Positions 41,131 through 48,877 of a DNA stretch of 64,000 nt are shown here, piece by piece. The DNA is from Bdellovibrionota bacterium. Its GTDB lineage: Bacteria > Bdellovibrionota > UBA1018 > CAIPTA01 > JAALKR01. The stretch spans positions 544,001-608,000 of the forward strand of contig CBDBMJ010000001.1 of NCBI GenBank assembly GCA_965207455.1. Direction: 5' to 3'. Each line of letters opens with the position of its first letter. Positions within the stretch are counted from its first letter, which is position 1. The notes under the pieces were generated by a model that saw only the letters and a program-made list of their open reading frames with translations, did no database searches and had not been told where the DNA came from. The position numbers and the translations under genes were made by a program.

Positions 41131-41257
41131 GACCTATACGTTCGTTTTATTGATATTTACTGTCCTAATTACGGACACCAGTCAATGAATATAGGCCCCT
41201 AGAGGGGGCTCTGTGCCAGCTTTTTTGGTACGGAAATTGCTTTTACATGATTAAGAT
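41131..41257 (+). repeat. ~126-bp direct repeat, copy 1 (upstream of the methyltransferase)
   Basis: GACCTATAC...GTCCTAATTACGGACACCAGTCAATGAATATAGGCC...CTGTGCCAGCTTTT.TGGTACGGAAATTGCTTTTACATGATTAAGAT, shared with 43486-43610. Confidence 0.92.
41226..41241 (+). promoter_or_regulatory. Sigma54 (-24/-12) promoter, copy 1
   Basis: TGGTACGGAAATTGCT matches the TGGYACR-N4-TTGCW consensus with exact GG-N10-GC spacing. Confidence 0.7.
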
Positions 41258-41300
41258 TTTCAGTTATTCTCTAGTAAGAGTTTTTGGCGGTTTATATAAT

Positions 41301-42476
41301 ATGGTAAAAAAATCATTAAGATGCGTATCCCTTTTTAGCGGAGGATTTGGTTTAGACATAGGTTTAGAGAAAGCTGGAATTTATTGCGATCTTGCTATTG
41401 AAATTGATCCTACCGCATGTAAAACAATTGAAATGAATAGGCCTGATATAGAGGTGTGGTGCAAAGATATTTCAGAACTTAAGGGTCGTGATATTTTAAA
41501 AGCACTTGGATGCAAAAAAGGTGAAGTAGATTTGATCGTAGGTGGACCACCATGTCAGTCATTTTCTACAGCGGGTAATCGAAAAACAGTCACCGATCCT
41601 AGAGGCTCTCTAATATTTCAATTTCTCAGAATTGTTGAAGAGGTGAAACCAAAAGCCTTTATAATGGAAAATGTAAGAGGGTTATTATCAGCGGTTAAAA
41701 ATTCAACAAGACTAATGCATGAATCAGGAAATGTATCCATTACTAGCGCTACTTTTTTGGGTTCCGTTGCAAGAGAATTAATCAATGAGTTCGCATTGCT
41801 TAATTATAGAGTAGATTACTACGCCGTAAATTCTGTAAATTATGGGGTTCCTCAATTAAGAGAACGAGCTTTATTTTTTGGTAATAGATTAGGTTTAAAG
41901 ACTGAATTTCCTCAACCCAATCATGGTTTAGAATTTACCAAGCCCTATCAAACAGTGAAACAAGCTTTAGCTGGCTTGAAAGAAAAAAACCCAGTCATTA
42001 TGGATTTCAGCCCTAGAAAGAAAAAATACTTGAGCATGATTCCTCCCGGAGAAAACTGGAGGACATTGCCTAATGAAATTGCAAAAGAATCTATGGGAAA
42101 AGCTTTTTATGCAAAGGGAGGGCGGTCAGGTTGGTGGAGAAGGCTTAGTTTTGATAGACCAAGTCCCACTATTGTAACCATGCCAAACCATGCTGGCACT
42201 TCTCTTTGTCACCCTATTGAAACTAGAGCACTTTCTGTGCGAGAATGCGCCTGCATCCAAGGTTTTCCCCGAAGTTGGAAATTTGCAGGTAGACCTAGTG
42301 AGCAATATAAACAGGTGGGGAATGCTGTGCCAATAAAACTGGGCGAGCTTTGTGGGAAAGCAATCTTGAAAGTTCTCGATGGAGTTGGTGCAATAGTGAA
42401 AAATGGCACAACCGAAGGTAAGGTACTAAAATCAACAGTGAGAACTAAGATCTACAAAGAGCGAAAATCGATATAA
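41301..42476 (+). CDS. DNA (cytosine-5)-methyltransferase of a type II R-M system
   Basis: Motifs I (LFSGGFG), IV (GGPPCQSFS), VI (ENV), VIII (QLRER), IX (RECACIQGFP), X (YKQVGNAV); start at ATG 41301 or 41247. Confidence 0.95.
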   Translation: MVKKSLRCVSLFSGGFGLDIGLEKAGIYCDLAIEIDPTACKTIEMNRPDIEVWCKDISELKGRDILKALGCKKGEVDLIVGGPPCQSFSTAGNRKTVTDPRGSLIFQFLRIVEEVKPKAFIMENVRGLLSAVKNSTRLMHESGNVSITSATFLGSVARELINEFALLNYRVDYYAVNSVNYGVPQLRERALFFGNRLGLKTEFPQPNHGLEFTKPYQTVKQALAGLKEKNPVIMDFSPRKKKYLSMIPPGENWRTLPNEIAKESMGKAFYAKGGRSGWWRRLSFDRPSPTIVTMPNHAGTSLCHPIETRALSVRECACIQGFPRSWKFAGRPSEQYKQVGNAVPIKLGELCGKAILKVLDGVGAIVKNGTTEGKVLKSTVRTKIYKERKSI

Positions 42477-42494
42477 AGACGTAAAAAAAATACT

Positions 42495-43480
42495 ATGAGG
42501 AAGCAATATAAATTTTCAGAAGCATTTAATATCGAGCAAGTACTATCAAAACAAAAATGTGTTGATCTCATTAAAAAAGTGGATGCAGATGACAGATTAT
42601 CGACTAAGGTTGGGAAAATAGCATATGACTTGCGACAGAGATTTAGTTCCTCAACAACAGCACCACCTAAAATTGACGGTAAATCACTCAATCCATTTGT
42701 CTTGAGTATGATTTCATTTAAAAATAAGTTTAGTAAACCAACTGACTTAGTTCCAATTCTGCAATCCAGTAAGGAATTTTCTAGTTTTGAAACGTCTGCT
42801 GGAAAAATTATTGAAGATATTTTCCCCTTCCATTATGGATTTACAACAGAAGCAACAGCCAGTCATGATCCGTTTTCTGAAATAGATTGTATAAAAAAAG
42901 ATTCTCAATCAATAAAACTAATAGCGCTTAAAAGTGGACCTTCATGCATGAACGATACCATGGCTAATAAGATTGGTAGCGCAATTGCAGAATATAATCA
43001 TATATGGTTTGAACGATACAAGAAAACCATTTAACTTTTATAATTGGAATGAATTATAGCACAGCGAAATTATCTAATAAAAAGGATTGGCATGCTATCC
43101 GAATCGCTGAAGAGAAATTAAGATTTAACGGATATCATATCAAGAGCAGTTGTATTCGAAATAACAATATTGCAATTCCAAGCTTCACTGCTGAAAAGAA
43201 TAACAAGAAATTAGTTGTTCAAACACTCCAGGGTAAAAAATTATGGGAATTCATTACAGGATCAGAGATTGACTTTACTGTACTAATTCTCGCGCTGGCT
43301 AAAGCCTCGGTTGAAACTCCTAAATTATCTGATGCAAGTCTAGCAGTTTCCACTGGAGGGTTTTTAGAAACTATCGACTATAAATCCGTTACTCTTCCAG
43401 CGTTTGAAAATTTCAAGCATGAATTGATTCCTTGGTTTTTTCTTTATGTAAGACACTTTGTTGATCGGCTGGAACATTGA
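42495..43480 (+). pseudogene. Putative type II restriction endonuclease (PmeII-like), split by a 1-bp frameshift near 43025
   Basis: ORF1 has ETSAG.IIE, EIDC and LKSGP..N (PD-(D/E)xK-like); adding one A in AAGAAAACC gives ...YKKNHLTFIIGMNYS, continuous into ORF 43049-43480; adjacent to the MTase. Confidence 0.7.
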
Positions 43481-43485
43481 TACTG

Positions 43486-43610
43486 GACCTATACATGCGC
43501 TTATTGACATTTACCGTCCTAATTACGGACACCAGTCAATGAATATAGGCCATAGAAGGGGTTCTGTGCCAGCTTTTCTGGTACGGAAATTGCTTTTACA
43601 TGATTAAGAT
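43486..43610 (+). repeat. ~126-bp direct repeat, copy 2 (begins 5 bp after the endonuclease stop)
   Basis: Near-identical to 41131-41257. Confidence 0.92.
43579..43594 (+). promoter_or_regulatory. Sigma54 (-24/-12) promoter, copy 2
   Basis: TGGTACGGAAATTGCT, about 70 bp upstream of the small ORF at 43664. Confidence 0.7.
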
Positions 43611-43663
43611 GTTTACAGATGGTCCATTGATTTCATCTGTGTTAAGATAAATAAGGAGGAGAT

Positions 43664-43810
43664 ATGATGCAAGGCAAGAAAAAAGGAACAAAGAAAAAAA
43701 CTAAAAAAGTTAGAGCCAAAAAAAAGAAAAAAGATCACTGGGCTGATTTCAAGCCCTTAAGTCCCTTTTCTTTCTTTATTGCAGAAAGAGAACATTCCAG
43801 GTTAAAATAA
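43664..43810 (+). CDS. Unannotated 48-aa Lys-rich small protein, copy 1
   Basis: RBS AAGGAGGA; MMQGKKKGTKKKTKKVRAKKKKKDHWADFKPLSPFSFFIAEREHSRLK; paralog at 44942. Confidence 0.7.
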   Translation: MMQGKKKGTKKKTKKVRAKKKKKDHWADFKPLSPFSFFIAEREHSRLK

Positions 43811-43853
43811 CAGGTAATTAGTTAAAAAAAGTATTTATTTTTAACTGTGTTCT

Positions 43854-44873
43854 ATGAGTAATCCATTCCTTAATAAATATAAAACATGCATGTATGCAGA
43901 CAAACCATCTAAGGTTTTGCGAGCAGGAGATGTTATTACCCTTACTTTAGAGGATGTGAGTAGAATTGCTAGGCATCCCTCTATTCTTGAGGTATTTAAA
44001 CAGTATTCAGAAGATCTGCAATATCCACGGAATCTATGGGCAATATTAAATAAACCCTGCGATATGATTCATGATGGAGAAAATAAAAGATACTTCACAG
44101 CCAACTTATTTTTATCTCCACTCCAAGGGTTGAAAAATGTGTTGAAGCAGAAAACTGTCAAGGAAATTTTATTCCAACAAAAGAGAGCGATGGAATCTGT
44201 AAGAGAGACTTTTCATCAATACATTCAAAAAAATAAAAATACAATCCCCAGTTTCAAGGATACAGTGACATCCCTTTTATACTCTGTTGAGAGTGAAATA
44301 GAGTCATTGGAGACTCCAGAAGAAATATTAGATTATCTCATTAGTTATATAAATAAGAACAAGAAAAATAAACAGCAAGTTATTGACTTAGAATCTTTTA
44401 GAAATTCTTCTATTTGGAAGAAAAATCTTAAAAGACACAATCCTGTAAAAATAGATAAAAGTATAATCATACTTAAAGGGGATAAACCAAAGCCATTGGT
44501 TAATCTATTTCGCAATCAACTTGACTCCCAAGGAATTTTCTTCTATGAACCTCATAAAGATTTATCTAGCGTGGACCATGATTTGGCTTATGTGATACAA
44601 ATAGAGGATATGATAACTCTAAAAATAAAAAAAGAGTTTCAAAGGAATGGTGAGCTTCCGGAAATATTGATAAAAAATAGGAAGATATCCTTGTCAGAAA
44701 GTTTCTCAGATAGGCTTCTTAATATTATGGGTAATTATTTTTCAAGAATTGCAACAGATGATGTGAGTATTAGTGAGGTTACTGATTTATATAAGAAAAT
44801 CTATCCAGAAACTTTTTTTACCAGTGAAAAACAGTTTAACGAGGAGAAAGGGCAATTAAAAAGCCTAATTTAA
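43854..44873 (+). CDS. Hypothetical protein, possibly PemK/MazF-like
   Basis: LRAGDV...WAILNKPCDM and C-terminal ISL...F..RL...MGNYFSRIA; family assignment is by eye. Confidence 0.55.
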   Translation: MSNPFLNKYKTCMYADKPSKVLRAGDVITLTLEDVSRIARHPSILEVFKQYSEDLQYPRNLWAILNKPCDMIHDGENKRYFTANLFLSPLQGLKNVLKQKTVKEILFQQKRAMESVRETFHQYIQKNKNTIPSFKDTVTSLLYSVESEIESLETPEEILDYLISYINKNKKNKQQVIDLESFRNSSIWKKNLKRHNPVKIDKSIIILKGDKPKPLVNLFRNQLDSQGIFFYEPHKDLSSVDHDLAYVIQIEDMITLKIKKEFQRNGELPEILIKNRKISLSESFSDRLLNIMGNYFSRIATDDVSISEVTDLYKKIYPETFFTSEKQFNEEKGQLKSLI

Positions 44874-44941
44874 TTTTTTTTGCCTATCATTTCAATGTAT
44901 GATACGAATTTTATTAAGATAGAAGGAGAAGGGAAGAGACC

Positions 44942-45103
44942 ATGAAGCGAAGCGTCGGAAGGAAAGTGGGAACAAAGAAAAAAACGGCTAAAAAACCTAG
45001 AGCCAAAAAAAAGAAAGAAGATTATTGGGCTGATTTCAAGCCCTTGAGTCCCTTTTCTTTCTTTATTGCAGAAAGAGAATATTCCAAGTCAAAATATAGA
45101 TAA
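44942..45103 (+). CDS. Unannotated 53-aa Lys-rich small protein, copy 2
   Basis: Purine-rich RBS region; MKRSVGRKVGTKKKTAKKPRAKKKKEDYWADFKPLSPFSFFIAEREYSKSKYR. Confidence 0.65.
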   Translation: MKRSVGRKVGTKKKTAKKPRAKKKKEDYWADFKPLSPFSFFIAEREYSKSKYR

Positions 45104-45190
45104 TTAGTTGAAAAATAATTTGCATCAACTGAGGGTGTCATAAACGCAACTCTTAACTACACAATTTACTTTACAGGCCCACTATGTTCC

Positions 45191-45226
45191 ATGAATAATC
45201 CGTTCCTTAATAAATATAAATCCTGA
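45191..45226 (+). pseudogene. Truncated duplicate of the first 10 codons of the 339-aa gene
   Basis: MNNPFLNKYKS* versus MSNPFLNKYKT at 43854; upstream bases also match. Confidence 0.75.
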
Positions 45227-45262
45227 CCTGTTCGAATATTGAGATTGCAATTACAGAATAGC

Positions 45263-45523
45263 TTACAGACGTATAGGAGTCCTTTCTTTAAGCTGAATTT
45301 TTTCCCTTATATCTGTATAAATATCTATATCTTCTTCTGTTTCTAAAGTAACAGCTAGGCTATATGGTATTGAAGAATTTATTTCAGGAGCATTTTCAGT
45401 ACAATTAATCTGAATGTTTATTTTTTCATCGTCAATAAATTCTGAAATTTTTGTTTTTGAAGATAATACTGAATGTTGAATTGTTCCGGCTCTTTTTTCT
45501 TGGTGTCCATCTACCTCTATCCC
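45263..45523 (-). pseudogene. Out-of-frame C-terminal fragment of the S8 peptidase
   Basis: Reads GIEVDGHQEKRAGTIQH...IPYSLAVTLE...IYTDIREKI...PIRL*, resembling the C-terminus of IetS-like proteases; no start of its own. Confidence 0.75.
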
Positions 45524-47748
45524 AGAATATTTGGGATTCCAAAACCCAGATATCTGGGGAGGTCTTTTTTTGAAGCCTTAGGAAAGCTTTCCTTTGCTTC
45601 ACCCCACTTGGCACTGTGAACTAAAAGCGTTTTTAGGACTACTGCATAGTTTCCATTAGGAATATTAAATTTATTTTTTTCTAACATTTCAAAAATTAAC
45701 CCTGCACTTCTAGATGCTAATGCATTGGCATTGCTGGTTCCTCTAGTGTAAGAATATTTGTTAGATGGTATGGCTACTTTTTGTCCCGGAGGTTTATTGG
45801 ATTTATTTATTTCATATTCTTTTTGGCTTGGACTACTATCTCTAACATTGTTATATAATTGTCGTCCTCCAGGGAGTAAAACATCTGGTTTTATAGAGTT
45901 TTTAAAACCATATCCTATTGATGATATGGGGGAGAGGGTGCCTTTACCGGAAGGCAAAATATCAATTCTATTGCCTATGTTAAATTCAGATACGTTATCT
46001 GTATGAGTGGCGCCAACCGTGATAGAGTTTATAGAGTCAGCAGGCATTATGATTTTTCGAAGTCGATGGTCACCCATTATTTTTTTAATTATTGATTTTG
46101 TTAAATCCTCATTTGTAGAATTATTATTTTCAATTTGTATATTATCTAAAAAATTACCAGCACTTACAAGAAAGAGAACTTTATATTTCCATGATAAGTA
46201 ATCTAAAAGCCTGCCTCCAGAGGTCATATTTTTATAAAACCATCTAGATTTATGCCCAACTGATAGATTAATAATTTTCACATTTGAGGCCATTGGAGGT
46301 ATGTCACCTGTTTCTTCAAACATTCTGCGAACAGACCGCTCAATTATATCTTCAAAAAATAAATCTGATGGAATTTCTTCTACATTCATGATTGGATGAT
46401 TTTTTAAAATTGGTCTGACATATATTTTTCGCTCTAAAGGTTTTTCTTCTATTTCTAAATCACCATTACAGATTAAAGAAGCCATGCTTGTTCCATGGAG
46501 TCTGGAGGTTGAGGGGTATGAGCTCTGAAAATCATCAGGGTCATCTATAGTTAGTTTTTCAGATAAAGCTTCATGATTTTGTAATGGAAGCCCGTCTAGC
46601 ATGGCTATAATAGGAGGTTTATTGTTTTTCTCTACACGATTAAAATCTCTGGCACTTGAAAAACCTCCTTGACTGTTAATATTTAAAGAATTTTGTCCAG
46701 ATGGTCTGAAAAATTTTATATTGTCATTTTTAAATAATTTATTAAATTGCCCATTCAAAGCAAGTTGAACCTCATTTGGAGGTAAGTTAACCTTGGCTAA
46801 ATGTATTTTGACATCATGTTTTTGATAAAATTTAACTTCTCCAACGTTGCCGCCTCGTTCTTGAACTATTTCTCTGATGTTTCTTTCAGCTATCTTTCTT
46901 TTCTCTTCATTTTCTTTGTACCAAAACTCCAATTCAAAGGAAATATTTTCGGTTTGAATTTTTGCATCATTTCTGAGATTTTGCAATATATTGCTTTCCT
47001 CTAATCTGTCATTTTCATTCCAATAGCGGATATTATGGAGGCAGTCGAAAACATCTCGCCATGGTGTTGTTCCTCTTTCAAAAACCCCGTTATTTTTATA
47101 TTTCCTCCATAATCTTAATAACTGTTCAATGCCATCTTGATTGCTCATACAAAGAAAAAGTTTGCCACGCAATGAAGTAGGGCACCCTTCTTTTTTAATT
47201 GCTTGCTTCAGAATTTTAATAATCTCTATTTCAGCGTGCTTTAATTTTTCAGGAATAAATTGGCTAAAATCACCCGGCGACTTCTTTTCATTCCAGAAAT
47301 ACTTTTTATTTTCTTGGTTCTCTAAAATGAAGTCATTGTTTTTCAAGCAGGCATAAATTTCCTTTAATTCGTCTGTTTTTTTAGTAATGTTTTCAGTTTT
47401 GAATAAATTAACTTTGATTGTATCTGTCTTGAAACCTATATTTTCTTCTATTTCAAAATCTTCAATCACTTGGTCTAAGCATTCAAGGCCAATTTTTTTG
47501 GCTGCAGCACTCAGATCTGTAATCTTTTCACCGAGGACCTCTAAAACAAGAACTTTTTCGATTGCTGAAATTTCAGATGGAGTGTTGGCAATAAATGCTT
47601 CATTCATAGAATTCATTTTTTTATTCAGGCGTTCCCATTGTTCACCTCTGTTTGGTTTGATGAAACCTTGAGAAATAGGGCGTAGGATTTTTTGTACTGA
47701 ACTTATATTTGGTTTGTTAAATAAAAGGAGAGGTCTATTTTCTGGCAT
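45517..47748 (-). CDS. S8 (subtilisin-like) peptidase, IetS-like, C-terminally truncated
   Basis: Catalytic D (MLDG), H (HGTSMAS), oxyanion N (SAGN), S (GTSNA); overlaps the upstream AAA ATPase. Confidence 0.85.
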   Translation of the reverse strand: MPENRPLLLFNKPNISSVQKILRPISQGFIKPNRGEQWERLNKKMNSMNEAFIANTPSEISAIEKVLVLEVLGEKITDLSAAAKKIGLECLDQVIEDFEIEENIGFKTDTIKVNLFKTENITKKTDELKEIYACLKNNDFILENQENKKYFWNEKKSPGDFSQFIPEKLKHAEIEIIKILKQAIKKEGCPTSLRGKLFLCMSNQDGIEQLLRLWRKYKNNGVFERGTTPWRDVFDCLHNIRYWNENDRLEESNILQNLRNDAKIQTENISFELEFWYKENEEKRKIAERNIREIVQERGGNVGEVKFYQKHDVKIHLAKVNLPPNEVQLALNGQFNKLFKNDNIKFFRPSGQNSLNINSQGGFSSARDFNRVEKNNKPPIIAMLDGLPLQNHEALSEKLTIDDPDDFQSSYPSTSRLHGTSMASLICNGDLEIEEKPLERKIYVRPILKNHPIMNVEEIPSDLFFEDIIERSVRRMFEETGDIPPMASNVKIINLSVGHKSRWFYKNMTSGGRLLDYLSWKYKVLFLVSAGNFLDNIQIENNNSTNEDLTKSIIKKIMGDHRLRKIIMPADSINSITVGATHTDNVSEFNIGNRIDILPSGKGTLSPISSIGYGFKNSIKPDVLLPGGRQLYNNVRDSSPSQKEYEINKSNKPPGQKVAIPSNKYSYTRGTSNANALASRSAGLIFEMLEKNKFNIPNGNYAVVLKTLLVHSAKWGEAKESFPKASKKDLPRYLGFGIPNILG

Positions 47749-48700
47749 TTTTTTTACTGGAAGATTTTAATTGACTAAGTCTATCTGTGATAGTGCGTTT
47801 GGTTATTTTCCCTGATCTTAATAAGACAGATTGTCTATAAATATCTAAACAGAAATCTTCTATTTCAGAAAAGCTTAATTTATAAAGTTTTTCTGACAAA
47901 TGCTCAATATTATAATCAAAACCTAGATTTGTTTTTTCAATAAATTGACTTAAGAAAGGAATTATTTGTTTTTTCAAGGGCATTGAAAGTTCTAATTTTA
48001 ATTGAAAACGCCTCCATACTGCTTTATCTAAAAGTTCAGGATGGTTGGTTGCTGTGATAACAACAACATAACTAGGTAGTTTATCTATTTGAAGTAATAA
48101 TGAACTCACTACTCGCTTAATTTCTCCTGTTTCTTTTGAGTCGCCTCGTTCTTTAGCTAAGGTATCAAACTCATCAAAAAATAAAACACAGCTTCTTGTT
48201 TTGATATAGTCAAATAAACTTTGCAGTTTTGTTGCTGTTTCACCTAAATAACTTCCAATTAAATTTTCATACCTTACAGTAAACATAGGGATCATCAGTT
48301 CTGTGGCGATAGCTTCAGCTAAACTTGTTTTTCCATTTCCAGGAGGTCCGTCTAAAAGAATTCTATGCCTGGGTTCTAGCGAATAGGATTGAAGCAGTTC
48401 TGCTCTATGTTGCTCCTCAATTAATGCTTCGCATACAGTGAGATTGGTTTTGCTTAGAAAGAGGCTATCTAAATTTCTATTTGGAGTAGTTTCAAAAAAT
48501 AAATCGTCGCATTTATTTGCAGTGTTATAGAATGTTTTTTTAGCTCCGTTCTTTAAAATTTTGCGCAATTGGTCGGCCAAAACATGATGGTTTTTTGCTT
48601 GTTCCTCATTAATTAAAGCTTCAACGCTTTTCTTAAGTAGGGATATATCTCCAGAATAGCCAGATTTAACGATGCGCATGATTATGTCGGATTTTGCCAT
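47735..48700 (-). CDS. AAA+ ATPase, IetA-like
   Basis: GPPGNGKT, SYLGETA, FFDEFD, ATNHPELLD.AVWRRF; paired with the S8 peptidase. Confidence 0.88.
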   Translation of the reverse strand: MAKSDIIMRIVKSGYSGDISLLKKSVEALINEEQAKNHHVLADQLRKILKNGAKKTFYNTANKCDDLFFETTPNRNLDSLFLSKTNLTVCEALIEEQHRAELLQSYSLEPRHRILLDGPPGNGKTSLAEAIATELMIPMFTVRYENLIGSYLGETATKLQSLFDYIKTRSCVLFFDEFDTLAKERGDSKETGEIKRVVSSLLLQIDKLPSYVVVITATNHPELLDKAVWRRFQLKLELSMPLKKQIIPFLSQFIEKTNLGFDYNIEHLSEKLYKLSFSEIEDFCLDIYRQSVLLRSGKITKRTITDRLSQLKSSSKKNARK

Positions 48701-48877
48701 TTAAGGTTCTCCGTTGCTGTAGTCATAATATTTTGCCAATACATTATTTATAATCTTATTTTGCTCTGCGCCTTAGTGTAATTTTACCTCAAAAAATAGA
48801 TATTGTTCTAAGCGATACCACAATTTCTTTTGTTAATATAATTCATTGAACTCGAATATCCAAGAGTATATTTTGCT

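Larger units (their letters stand above)
39205..48800. mobile_element. AT-rich defence/toxin-antitoxin island between uppP and mutY (no integrase in window)
   Basis: Visibly AT-richer than its flanks; dense in TA, R-M and IetAS-like genes; internal direct repeats; boundaries approximate. Confidence 0.7.

Noticed and set aside
41131..45226. Integron cassette array
   Set aside because: The repeats lack a recognisable RYYYAAC...GTTRRRY attC structure, and there is no intI.
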